A stretch of 64,000 bases of DNA from a virus (taxonomy: Duplodnaviria > Caudoviricetes): positions 8,350 to 72,349 of the IMG/VR virus record IMGVR_UViG_3300032365_000024; one strand, given 5' to 3'. The notes under the pieces were generated by a model, which was given only the letters and a program-made list of their open reading frames with translations, made no database searches and was not told the DNA's origin. The position numbers and the translations under genes were made by a program. Positions 27,901-36,336 of this stretch are shown here, in pieces; the stretch's first letter is position 1, and each line of letters starts with the position of its first letter.

Positions 27901-30084
27901 CTTGACCTTATCAAAGTAATATTTTGATTTAATGATTGCTTCTAATTCCACTAATAAATTAAATGGCACTTTAGCATCATTTGCTATAGAAATACATAAT
28001 TTCAAATTATCATATGAAATTCCACCATGACGCTTTTTACTAAGAGCATCACCAGATACTTTAATAAATTGTGTTTTATAATTACATCCATGTATATTAT
28101 CAAGTATTATAGACAATAAATTATATAGTCCATATATAACTTCTCTGTTTTTATATAATTTAACCTTATTAAGTCGTGAATTTTTTCTGTTAGTAATGAA
28201 TCGAATATCACTTCTGAATATTTCATGAGATTTAATTCCAATTAAATTAACATCATAATAATAACGTTTATAAATTTTATTAAATTTTGCATGTAAATTA
28301 GATACTATTCCAAAATTTAATAAAAGTAATTGTACTTCCATAGCAAGCTTTTTTGAAGCAGTGGTGAATGATACTTTTTTACCATCTCTAGTTACTGTTC
28401 CATCAGTTTCAAATAAACCACGTAAGTATGCAGCAACTACTGATTTTGGAGATCGTAATATTGAATAAGGGACATGTTTATTTTTAGGTATAGCATTCCC
28501 ATATCCGAGACTGTTCACGAATCTACAAAGTGGTTTAGAAAATATACGAATAGTCCACGGATATTCAGGACCATTTGAATGTGAAGATCTTTGATCTATA
28601 AATGAATAATGACCAAATTTGCGAATAAATAAATCACATACATATTTACAAAATTCAGAACAACCACCAGTAATTTCAATACCAGATTTCTTATTCCATG
28701 TACCATCACCAGTTAAAATCCCTAAAAGTTCTCCCCATTCTTCATCAAGGTATTCAGGTAAATCTATTTTTCTTTTATTTAATTTATTAATTGCATTAAT
28801 TTTTAATTCATTAAAATCAATATCTGTTGGTAACCAGCGAATATTTGAACCGCATCCAAATTTTGGTGATTTAACTCTCTCTTTAAATTTATATCCACAT
28901 TCATCAAAATAATTAAATAAATCACGTAATGAACCACGTATACCTAAATTAGATTTAAGTTCTTGTATTGTCATAATGACAGGATTAGTAAGACTTCTAA
29001 TCCAAGAAATAAACTTTAATGCCTTTTGTAGATATACATGATTATATTGATTTAATGATTCTATAGCTAAATTATGTGTATCTACATATTTTTCAGACCA
29101 TAAATTTGTAGTCTTATTTATACAAATCTGATCACCGAGTTTTATATCACTTAAAAACTTCCATCTAATACCAAATTCAGATAACACTTTAACACGATGA
29201 GTATATGTACCATTGATCTCATATCCATGAGTTGTAGTAATAATTTTTGTTAATTGATTACCACCATTATAAAAATATTTAGCTTGTGACCTAACAGATT
29301 CACCTTCTTGAGCAATTGTAATATTTATAGGCTGCAATTCTGTACCATTTGGATTCCCAAGTTCTTCTATTGGTATTAATCCATTTGATGTAAGAACTAA
29401 AGACCCCTCACATATACATTTTCCTCCATTACCAAATTTTTTGCGATCATTTTCAGTACGAAATCGCATGAAGGTTTGAGTACTATTAGCAATAGCACCT
29501 TTAAAATAATCAACTGCTTCAACATGTGCTTGCATATCACCATAAACAATAGATGCCTGATCCTTATCATTAGCAATACAAAATATTCTTATTTCAGACC
29601 CAGACGGCATACCGTAGTATGCTTGCGGATGACCACGACAAATTAATTTATACAATTCATATGCAGCAATTATAGCAGACAAGGAACTTTTTCCACTTCG
29701 TCGTCCCAAAATCAATATTAATTCATGACGCTCCATATTATCTTGTTCACGTATATTGCATCTTCCATGATCGTATAAATATCGAAGATACTCAACTTCA
29801 GTAAATTCATATAGAACCTTTTCATTAAGTTTATCTTTAATTATAATATTTTTCTCAGTATCATCAAGTTTAATATTATAATATAATTTAATTATAAATT
29901 TCTGAACTGGATATAATCCGTATGGAAAAAGTTTAAATCTCTCTACAAAAGATACTATATCAAGAAAATCAACATCACCCTCAGCACGACCAGAATCTTC
30001 TGTTAATTTTAAACGCTTACCATGAAGAAATGTATCAATTGTCCCAGTAAGTTGACTCTTATAAGTAGGTTCTTTTATAGGCAT
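24988..30084 (-). CDS. terL: Terminase large subunit with two inteins (about 643 aa after splicing)
   Basis: Walker A ILGRRSGKS; GLRGRG and Walker B ILDEIAF; MILISSP; C-terminal nuclease AGVDFG...D and HDDQSDA. Confidence 0.92.
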   Translation of the reverse strand: MPIKEPTYKSQLTGTIDTFLHGKRLKLTEDSGRAEGDVDFLDIVSFVERFKLFPYGLYPVQKFIIKLYYNIKLDDTEKNIIIKDKLNEKVLYEFTEVEYLRYLYDHGRCNIREQDNMERHELILILGRRSGKSSLSAIIAAYELYKLICRGHPQAYYGMPSGSEIRIFCIANDKDQASIVYGDMQAHVEAVDYFKGAIANSTQTFMRFRTENDRKKFGNGGKCICEGSLVLTSNGLIPIEELGNPNGTELQPINITIAQEGESVRSQAKYFYNGGNQLTKIITTTHGYEINGTYTHRVKVLSEFGIRWKFLSDIKLGDQICINKTTNLWSEKYVDTHNLAIESLNQYNHVYLQKALKFISWIRSLTNPVIMTIQELKSNLGIRGSLRDLFNYFDECGYKFKERVKSPKFGCGSNIRWLPTDIDFNELKINAINKLNKRKIDLPEYLDEEWGELLGILTGDGTWNKKSGIEITGGCSEFCKYVCDLFIRKFGHYSFIDQRSSHSNGPEYPWTIRIFSKPLCRFVNSLGYGNAIPKNKHVPYSILRSPKSVVAAYLRGLFETDGTVTRDGKKVSFTTASKKLAMEVQLLLLNFGIVSNLHAKFNKIYKRYYYDVNLIGIKSHEIFRSDIRFITNRKNSRLNKVKLYKNREVIYGLYNLLSIILDNIHGCNYKTQFIKVSGDALSKKRHGGISYDNLKLCISIANDAKVPFNLLVELEAIIKSKYYFDKVKCITNSTNRVYDLSVPNGESFISQGFTNHNSTLVASFKSSIAKGLRGRGVICAILDEIAFFIDNGRCLKKGTLVLTEQGLLPIEKLGDLNGFEEQNCIHRIAQEGVNSHNFSSKFFINGIKPVKNIITKCGYELGGTFNHRIRVMSNDGCIIWKRLDELKIGDFVGIHRETYLWTSKYVNTLEYIHDCLLCGVKPYFHELENFSSWIKTIESYVDINKKTVAKRFGLRKSRLDSIVRKWKLKYKLCSPISNETIRWYKTDLDNVDIYGRGFINLPVILNEDYGRLLGILVGDGSWTRYDGIQVTGGCEEFREYLECFFDKLFGRHKIHRKINDRSTCLLFLWDITVNSRPLRTFLYKLGYDYSKPRSKHIPWSILQSPRSVVAAFLSGLFETDGGCEHDGGTISFCTVSNQLAHEVQYILLNFGIVSSVKYRPDKYILRVRGFESRKRFAKYIGFITNRKNNQLLRGLLNGREASDSVPNQNKRFHRILSSIPRLTNNRTRTYRILGLALDPKKLSNSCYDNINKFIKFINILGIDNKDIHCLKHICNTHYFWDPIISISECEDHVYDIYVPCGNQFVAAGITNHNSSARQIYRAMNPSLAQFSPKDVKNRQKPIGPSEGRMILISSPDAREGFLYQQYQMAMSRDRGSSDMLMIQAPTWEVNPTLDRSYYEKEYFKDPRAFMTEHGAEFSDRVRGWIEDAKDLTDCIDPVLRPKLRGNPREIHFAGVDFGLVNDGTSIVLTRINEGKIELVYHEIWYPKKSWKESNPHLSTPVIPYCLKLQDVKRLDMESIAEWFFALSRRFYIHKGVFDQWAGPVFEQVLHKHNLKQFEMRNFFTSDSSQMYNTFRMFMLNQQLRLYDWPLPEGGESGVKHSPIIEEILELQATSGGKNITIVEAPKIAGKHDDQSDAIARSVLLASEYLCLNPSALVSGAKNGNEISLARSFAGYNSYHRMRNKIHGVIRERMIPRNR
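26146..27705 (-). mobile_element. TerL intein 2 (520 aa, LAGLIDADG)
   Basis: Starts CLKKGTLVLTEQG; GTFNHRI; LLGILVGDG and LSGLFETDG; ends AGITNHN; +1 Ser. Confidence 0.93.
27814..29418 (-). mobile_element. TerL intein 1 (535 aa, LAGLIDADG)
   Basis: Starts CICEGSLVLTSNG; GTYTHRV; LLGILTGDG and LRGLFETDG; ends QGFTNHN; +1 Ser. Confidence 0.93.
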
Positions 30085-30094
30085 ATCATTTCCA

Positions 30095-30673
30095 TCATAT
30101 ATTTATAATCAATTTTTCCCAATCAACCATATCTGCTTTCATAGTATTAAAAACAAGATTTATTTCATGATCTCCAAGACCAGATTTTTGCATAGCCTCA
30201 TATACAAATTCCATCCATAACTTCAATATTGACTGAAATCGTGGAGATCGAAGATCAAGTTGTTCAGCTCGAAGATTTTCTGATCGTTTAATTAAAATTT
30301 CAGAAAGTTGGCGCAATGATCCTATACGTGAAATCGTATGATTAGTCGCATTTCTACCTTCTTTAATCGCTTTATCACGTTCATATTTTAAATTAGATAT
30401 TTCTTCAACAATTTCTCTAAGAGTAACCGTAATCATCTCACGAGTATCAGCACCCCGTTCAACTGCTTGAACTATTGGCTGTTTTCGAACAAACTCCTCT
30501 CTTATTTTAATATTTCTATCAATTGCTTGCGGATCAATAAGTTCAGGAGTAGGAATTAAACCACCCTGATCAGCAATATATGGTGCTCCGAGTTCACCAG
30601 CAGATACCTTCTTACCATCTGGGAAAGTTAAAACTTTCCCAGAAGTATTATTATCATCATCCTTATCGTCCAT
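30095..30673 (-). CDS. Possible terminase small subunit (192 aa)
   Basis: Helical/coiled-coil protein immediately upstream of terL; assignment is positional only. Confidence 0.35.
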   Translation of the reverse strand: MDDKDDDNNTSGKVLTFPDGKKVSAGELGAPYIADQGGLIPTPELIDPQAIDRNIKIREEFVRKQPIVQAVERGADTREMITVTLREIVEEISNLKYERDKAIKEGRNATNHTISRIGSLRQLSEILIKRSENLRAEQLDLRSPRFQSILKLWMEFVYEAMQKSGLGDHEINLVFNTMKADMVDWEKLIINI

Positions 30674-30696
30674 TTAGGACGACCTTACCACATGAA

Positions 30697-32730
30697 TTAA
30701 TCTAAATTATTCCCAGGGATAATCATTTCTGGCGAAGACCTAACATTTCCTAGATCCACAGAAAGTTCATTTTTGAGTTCATACTTCTCTACTGGATTCT
30801 CGACAGGAATTTGAATAACAGGTAATTTTTTACGAGCTTCAATATTAGCTACACGTACTTGTGTCGGAACTTGACGAATCATCTCTTTAGAGTATTTTGA
30901 ACACCATCCAGGATGTGTCTGCAGGATACATCCAGTACAACTATTACTTGCTAAAAGATATGGAGCACCTTGCTTACGAAAATATTCAGAACCCTCAACA
31001 CAACCACGGCCATAATCCTGATAAGCGGTTGGATCAATAAAATAATGTCCTTGAATGCCATCATCTACTGATGCTTTACGACCAATTTCTGGAACTTGTC
31101 GAAGATCATTCAATGAATAACGTTGCAATAATGCTGCTTTAAGTTTGTATCCAAACAAACCTTTATTCATTAAATGAGAAAGAGTACGACGGATTTCTTC
31201 AGGATCCATCGTAGCTTTCTCAAATTCTCGACCAGGTTCTCCATAATGAGGTTTAATAACTGCGCCGGCATAAACTGATTCCTCTTTCGTAACTGGACGG
31301 AAAAGATTTACTTGAGCAGTAAGACGTGTCCAATCTGCATTATCCTTAACATTTTTAATAACCATTTGAGCTGCAGTTCGTTCTATATATCCACTTCCAA
31401 CTGAACGAATAAGTGATCGCACAAAAGTACGTTTGTTAGCAGCAGGTCTAAACTGAACAATAGTAGAAATTCGTGATATTTCTGCGCATGCTCCATCAGG
31501 AAGATTTTTGCAGTGTAAACATGAAGATGATCGACGAACTATAAAATCAGGAACAACACCAATTCCATCATTACGCGAAGTTATGAAATTATCATTGCGA
31601 CTCTTAATTAGACTAAGTGTTTGACGACAACCACCAAGTGCATCCATATCAAGATATGTATGACCAAGCAAACCATATTCAGATGCAAGAGATGAAAGCT
31701 TCGCATCATTAGAACTAACTAGAATAGCTACATCATTATTACCTAACATCATACGCCGTGCATATTTCATATATTCAGGTGATGGCATCGACTCAATTTC
31801 AAATGCCGCTTGCCTACGAGCCCAGAATGCAACCATATCTGCATTCGTAACTTTAGGTTGAATTACCAGCTGCTGCGTTTGAATACGTTGAATACCATCC
31901 GGATGTGAAACAACCGGTGATCTCAAAAAGGCAGAACGAAGTCTTTCTTTCCATTCTCTTTCCGAAAGAGGTAATTGATGCTCGCCTATTCCAGAAATAT
32001 CAACTGGACGTTTTTCAGATGATAAAATATCAGCATAGTGTTCCACGAGTTTTGCGTATGGAATTTCATCAACAAGTTGTTTACTATCTAATGAAGAACA
32101 AAAACCACCCTTATTACATACACAATCTACACATTGATCCTTCGCCAAAACAAATAATGCACGTTTACCATATGTACGGGCATATTTTTGTTCATTTATA
32201 TTAGTTGCACAATGCGGAAAATGTTCCGAGTTAATATAAGCATTTCCGAGTAAGCCTCTCTCGTACAAAACTTCATTTATAGCAGATGTAGCACAATGAA
32301 TATCACCAGGAGAATATTCAAGTGCTAAACGTTTACGAATCTCTTCTACAGGGAGACCCGCCATTACCATTCGCGCTGTTCTATTACGAATAGGAACAGA
32401 CATGTCAATAGGTGATACTTGTGTATCTATTGGATTTCGATTAACAATTGTATGTGGTTTAAGTGGGATAATTCCAGGCACACCATCGTCATCCCGAGCG
32501 AGCGCCTTCTGAAGATCAGGAATAATATCTAAATTTTGCTTAGGAAGTGTCTCAGCACGTCGATACTCCTCCTCATTAACCATGAGCCAGGATAAATCTG
32601 ACACTCCTTGATTATGTAAAATACTCGTTATATCCCCAAGATTATTACTGAGATTCATGCTCTTATCAGACATGGTACCTCCGAGCTGCCTTTTCATAAA
32701 AACATGCAGCCAAGGAGACTTTCGCCGCAC
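30697..32730 (-). CDS. Hypothetical protein with three Cys-rich repeat modules
   Basis: Three G[LI][LQ]G-x2-[YF] ... CxxC...C modules. Likely start is 32673 (GGAGG SD, overlapping the previous stop). Confidence 0.65.
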   Translation of the reverse strand: MRRKSPWLHVFMKRQLGGTMSDKSMNLSNNLGDITSILHNQGVSDLSWLMVNEEEYRRAETLPKQNLDIIPDLQKALARDDDGVPGIIPLKPHTIVNRNPIDTQVSPIDMSVPIRNRTARMVMAGLPVEEIRKRLALEYSPGDIHCATSAINEVLYERGLLGNAYINSEHFPHCATNINEQKYARTYGKRALFVLAKDQCVDCVCNKGGFCSSLDSKQLVDEIPYAKLVEHYADILSSEKRPVDISGIGEHQLPLSEREWKERLRSAFLRSPVVSHPDGIQRIQTQQLVIQPKVTNADMVAFWARRQAAFEIESMPSPEYMKYARRMMLGNNDVAILVSSNDAKLSSLASEYGLLGHTYLDMDALGGCRQTLSLIKSRNDNFITSRNDGIGVVPDFIVRRSSSCLHCKNLPDGACAEISRISTIVQFRPAANKRTFVRSLIRSVGSGYIERTAAQMVIKNVKDNADWTRLTAQVNLFRPVTKEESVYAGAVIKPHYGEPGREFEKATMDPEEIRRTLSHLMNKGLFGYKLKAALLQRYSLNDLRQVPEIGRKASVDDGIQGHYFIDPTAYQDYGRGCVEGSEYFRKQGAPYLLASNSCTGCILQTHPGWCSKYSKEMIRQVPTQVRVANIEARKKLPVIQIPVENPVEKYELKNELSVDLGNVRSSPEMIIPGNNLD

Positions 32731-33760
32731 AGGTTCTAAGTGTTCGAACTATATCAGGATTATGCCTATATAAAACTGCAAGGTCTATAATTTTATCAAC
32801 AACAGAATCAAGATTCGTAGATTCAATTGAAGCTTTTTTCATAACTGGAAATTCATCAAGTACATCCTTAACATAAATAGAATGTCTCAGTTTTAAGCAT
32901 CGAATCATATCTGATGCTAAAAATTGAGGATGGCCAAGAGTCTGGAGATAGGCAAGAACATGTCTACGCGTCAAGTCTTTCTTACCAAATTTCTTTAAAA
33001 ATCCCGTTGTCAACTCATCAACGAGTTTTATATTTGTGGCCAGTCTAGTCATGCTTATTCCTCCGGAAGCCATAACACGGCCACCGTCATCATTTTCACT
33101 GCTAGGAAAATCTGCATTTTCCGATAATTCTGTTGCAGGAAATCCATACGGTCCAGTAACATCTTCAAGAACATGTCCAGACCATGCATTACCAAGAGCA
33201 CCTAATTCATTCTCCATATTAATATTATTTTTTGTGACTCCTGGCAGTGATTTTTTATCATTTGAAGCCCAAGCACCAGAATCCTCGTCAGCCCAAACAT
33301 CACTAATATCAATACCAATATTCATATGATCATAATAATCAGAACGAGAAGAAGGATTATCTGCGTCATTCGGTAACTTTGAATCAGCAACTGTCTGAAT
33401 TGTATCATCTTGAAGACGACGACTAGGCGATGGTCTATCAAAATCACCCGGAAGTCCCGCTGAAGCAGTTTCATCGTCTAAATCATATTCATATTCATGT
33501 TCATTATCATGAATACATGAAGAAAATGTCTGAGGATAACTTAACAGTCTATCAGGACCAAATGGATCTTCTGGACCACCACCATCAGGTAATGATGGTC
33601 CATTCGGTAATGCCTCAGATTTTAAGTCTTCATCATCCTCACCGTGATACCATTTTGATACTGGAACATTATACATCCCTATCCCAAAGTCTGAAACAGC
33701 TTTATCATCAGCATTTTCAGTAGGAAGAGAAGTAGCAAACATTAAAAATTGACTCCCCAC
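32666..33760 (-). CDS. Acidic hypothetical head-module protein
   Basis: Asp/Glu/Pro-rich N-half and helical C-half. Likely start is 33742 (TAATG overlap). Confidence 0.6.
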   Translation of the reverse strand: MGSQFLMFATSLPTENADDKAVSDFGIGMYNVPVSKWYHGEDDEDLKSEALPNGPSLPDGGGPEDPFGPDRLLSYPQTFSSCIHDNEHEYEYDLDDETASAGLPGDFDRPSPSRRLQDDTIQTVADSKLPNDADNPSSRSDYYDHMNIGIDISDVWADEDSGAWASNDKKSLPGVTKNNINMENELGALGNAWSGHVLEDVTGPYGFPATELSENADFPSSENDDGGRVMASGGISMTRLATNIKLVDELTTGFLKKFGKKDLTRRHVLAYLQTLGHPQFLASDMIRCLKLRHSIYVKDVLDEFPVMKKASIESTNLDSVVDKIIDLAVLYRHNPDIVRTLRTCAAKVSLAACFYEKAARRYHV

Positions 33761-35193
33761 AAAAATGATGTATTGTATCGATCAGAATCTAATGGACCCT
33801 CAGGAGGATCAGGATCACTATGATCACGCATCCATTCAATATCTTCATTAGTTAAACCACGATCATAATAATTTAAATTTTTTTCATTACGGCTACCGGG
33901 CAACCATGAATAATTTTGACGAGCAACACGTGTTCCTATATTTAACACACTATTATCACCATCAGTTGGATCCATATATGGACTAACCCCATCTTGAACT
34001 TCACTTTCAAGAAGCGAATCAGATTCATTTACTCCAGAAGAAAGACCCAATCCAACTAAATCATCAGACGACCATTCATTACCATCATTTGGATCACCTT
34101 CACCAGGACCAATATGATCAATACGCGGCCCTGGAAGAGTCTCAGTAGGAATTGATGATGAAGAAAGACGAAAATCACAATTTGGACAAGATGGAACAAT
34201 AATGTCATTTTCCATAGCATTATGACAATGACATTGCGCAACTATTGACGAACAACCATCACATACGATTCGATAACATCCATGTGAAGATGTTCTAATA
34301 TCATTATTCTTACCAGTTAAACGTTGTATTGCTCGATGAAAAGCTGTAGCATATGATCCATGATCAGGTGAAACTGTATGCATAACAATTTCAGATTCTG
34401 TTTTTCCTAATGGTTGTTCACTTGCATCCGTTGGAAGCATCGATCCTGGTTCGTCTTTTTTAACTTTCCTTTTTGCTCCATAATCTGGACGATCCTGAAT
34501 CGGGTTTTGCAATGTGTTGGTTAATTCAGTGGATGCAGTCTGTGTCTGACTAGAATTATCTTCATCCTCTTCCGATTCTTCATATTCAGATCCAGATCCT
34601 TTAAAATTCGGATTAAAATCGTCTGGATCTGGATTTTCTACCGGAACATCATATTCACTAGTATCCTCAGGGGCAACATCAGCATATGCCTGTTCGACAA
34701 CTTGTTCAGGATTAGCTTTTACCTGTTCGGCATCCTGAATAAGATCACCAGTCACTTGATTCTTAGGAATTTCCTTCCAATGATTAGCATTTAATTCATC
34801 TTGAACTGTATCAGAAAATGAACTGAGAACTTCAGCTACTTGTGAAAGTCCAGTCCGCATATCCTTCACGGCTTGAATATATCCACGTCCACCAAGAAGA
34901 CCATCAGGACTAAAACTTGATGAATTCATCTTAGAAAAAACACGATATGCAGCCATAGCGTAACTGTGAGCACGTTGCGAAGCCCATAATACTTTTGCTA
35001 GATTTCGCATTGAATCTTGAGACCATTCAAATCCCGGCGCACGAATATCACGCCGTAATGGTCCTTGATCGCGGATAAACTCAATTTTCCCACCAGTACG
35101 TATATTGTGGGAATAAGTCTGTGATATCCTACATGCTATTTCATATATAAGATTTTCTTTCATGCTACTTTTTTCTCCAACGCATGAACACAT
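33742..35193 (-). CDS. Acidic hypothetical head-module protein with an internal Cys cluster
   Basis: Helical N-domain, long acidic tail, internal CDGC..CHC..CPNC. Likely start is 35163 (ATGA overlap). Confidence 0.6.
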   Translation of the reverse strand: MCSCVGEKSSMKENLIYEIACRISQTYSHNIRTGGKIEFIRDQGPLRRDIRAPGFEWSQDSMRNLAKVLWASQRAHSYAMAAYRVFSKMNSSSFSPDGLLGGRGYIQAVKDMRTGLSQVAEVLSSFSDTVQDELNANHWKEIPKNQVTGDLIQDAEQVKANPEQVVEQAYADVAPEDTSEYDVPVENPDPDDFNPNFKGSGSEYEESEEDEDNSSQTQTASTELTNTLQNPIQDRPDYGAKRKVKKDEPGSMLPTDASEQPLGKTESEIVMHTVSPDHGSYATAFHRAIQRLTGKNNDIRTSSHGCYRIVCDGCSSIVAQCHCHNAMENDIIVPSCPNCDFRLSSSSIPTETLPGPRIDHIGPGEGDPNDGNEWSSDDLVGLGLSSGVNESDSLLESEVQDGVSPYMDPTDGDNSVLNIGTRVARQNYSWLPGSRNEKNLNYYDRGLTNEDIEWMRDHSDPDPPEGPLDSDRYNTSFLWGVNF

Positions 35194-35975
35194 ACACCAT
35201 GTCTCATTTTACTATAATTACAATTTGCACATAACAATTGAAAACATGCATAATCAATTTTTTTATTTAAAATTTTCCTACATAAAATAGCACCAGTCCT
35301 GTGTAACTTACGATGTACATTTCCATCATTATAAATATGATCAATATTTAACTTAAATTGATCATCAATACCACAACACTTACAACGTCCACCTAATAAT
35401 TCATAACATTTTTGTGTAATTAATATATCACTGTTCCTAACACATACATGACAAGAAGAATCAATACAGCGCTTTCCATAATGAGAGTTAGTACTAAATT
35501 CTGATATATCTTTATTTATTTTACATATACTACATATTTTAGATTTCCCAACAAGAATCCTATTTTTTAATAATTGTATTGGATTTAATCTATATTTTGC
35601 TTCATTACAATTTCGACATAAAATTTGATATCTTGAACGGTCAACAATACCGCGTAAAATATCTTGTTTCCATGTAATTGAACTTCTAGATCGTTCTCGT
35701 TTTCTGTCATCAAAAATATGATCAACAACTAAAAAATCACGTTCCGATTCTCCGCATTGAACACAAAAATAACCTAACAAATCAAAAATATTATCTCTAA
35801 GCTTATCATTTTTTTCATTATTATTGATATTTATTTTTGATTTATTATTTATATAATATACCGCACCAATAGATTTCTTACATAATTTACATTGTGTAGC
35901 GCGAATATGAAATTCACACATGGGTTTATACCGCTTACACGATGTACAACATCGAACTGATCTTTCCTGATCCAT
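35160..35975 (-). CDS. Tandem double HNH endonuclease-like protein
   Basis: Two repeats of CxxC..F..CxxC + LLGx.CxxCG..L.[VI]DHI.D + [YF]Q[IL]LCxNCN. Confidence 0.75.
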   Translation of the reverse strand: MDQERSVRCCTSCKRYKPMCEFHIRATQCKLCKKSIGAVYYINNKSKININNNEKNDKLRDNIFDLLGYFCVQCGESERDFLVVDHIFDDRKRERSRSSITWKQDILRGIVDRSRYQILCRNCNEAKYRLNPIQLLKNRILVGKSKICSICKINKDISEFSTNSHYGKRCIDSSCHVCVRNSDILITQKCYELLGGRCKCCGIDDQFKLNIDHIYNDGNVHRKLHRTGAILCRKILNKKIDYACFQLLCANCNYSKMRHGVCVHALEKKVA

Positions 35976-35976
35976 A

Positions 35977-36270
35977 TTAATCTTTTACCGGCCCCTCAGA
36001 ATCATCAACTAATCGTTCAATGAAATATCCTTCATTATCTTTTCCAATATGCCAAAAATCCTGCTGCGAGAGATGAACTAAAGTATCAGCAGAAGTACGG
36101 AAGAAACCTGTCAAATCACGTAATGACGCGATCCGAATCTTTCCGGTAACTGCCATAGCCGCTGTACGCAGTGATTTTGGAGAAGAGAAGAAGTCGTCAA
36201 TAGAACTCGAGGAACATCGAAAGTCTTCAATTTTTAAAGACATGCTAAAACCTCTAGAGAAACATGTCAA
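35977..36270 (-). CDS. Small hypothetical head-module protein
   Basis: Likely start is 36243 (MSLK); carries LRTAA and IRIAS motifs. Confidence 0.55.
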   Translation of the reverse strand: MTCFSRGFSMSLKIEDFRCSSSSIDDFFSSPKSLRTAAMAVTGKIRIASLRDLTGFFRTSADTLVHLSQQDFWHIGKDNEGYFIERLVDDSEGPVKD

Positions 36271-36336
36271 TGAACAGTTTATGGTGCTATTAATATCTTG
36301 GTTATATTATTTATTTAATATACGTCATATAAAAGA

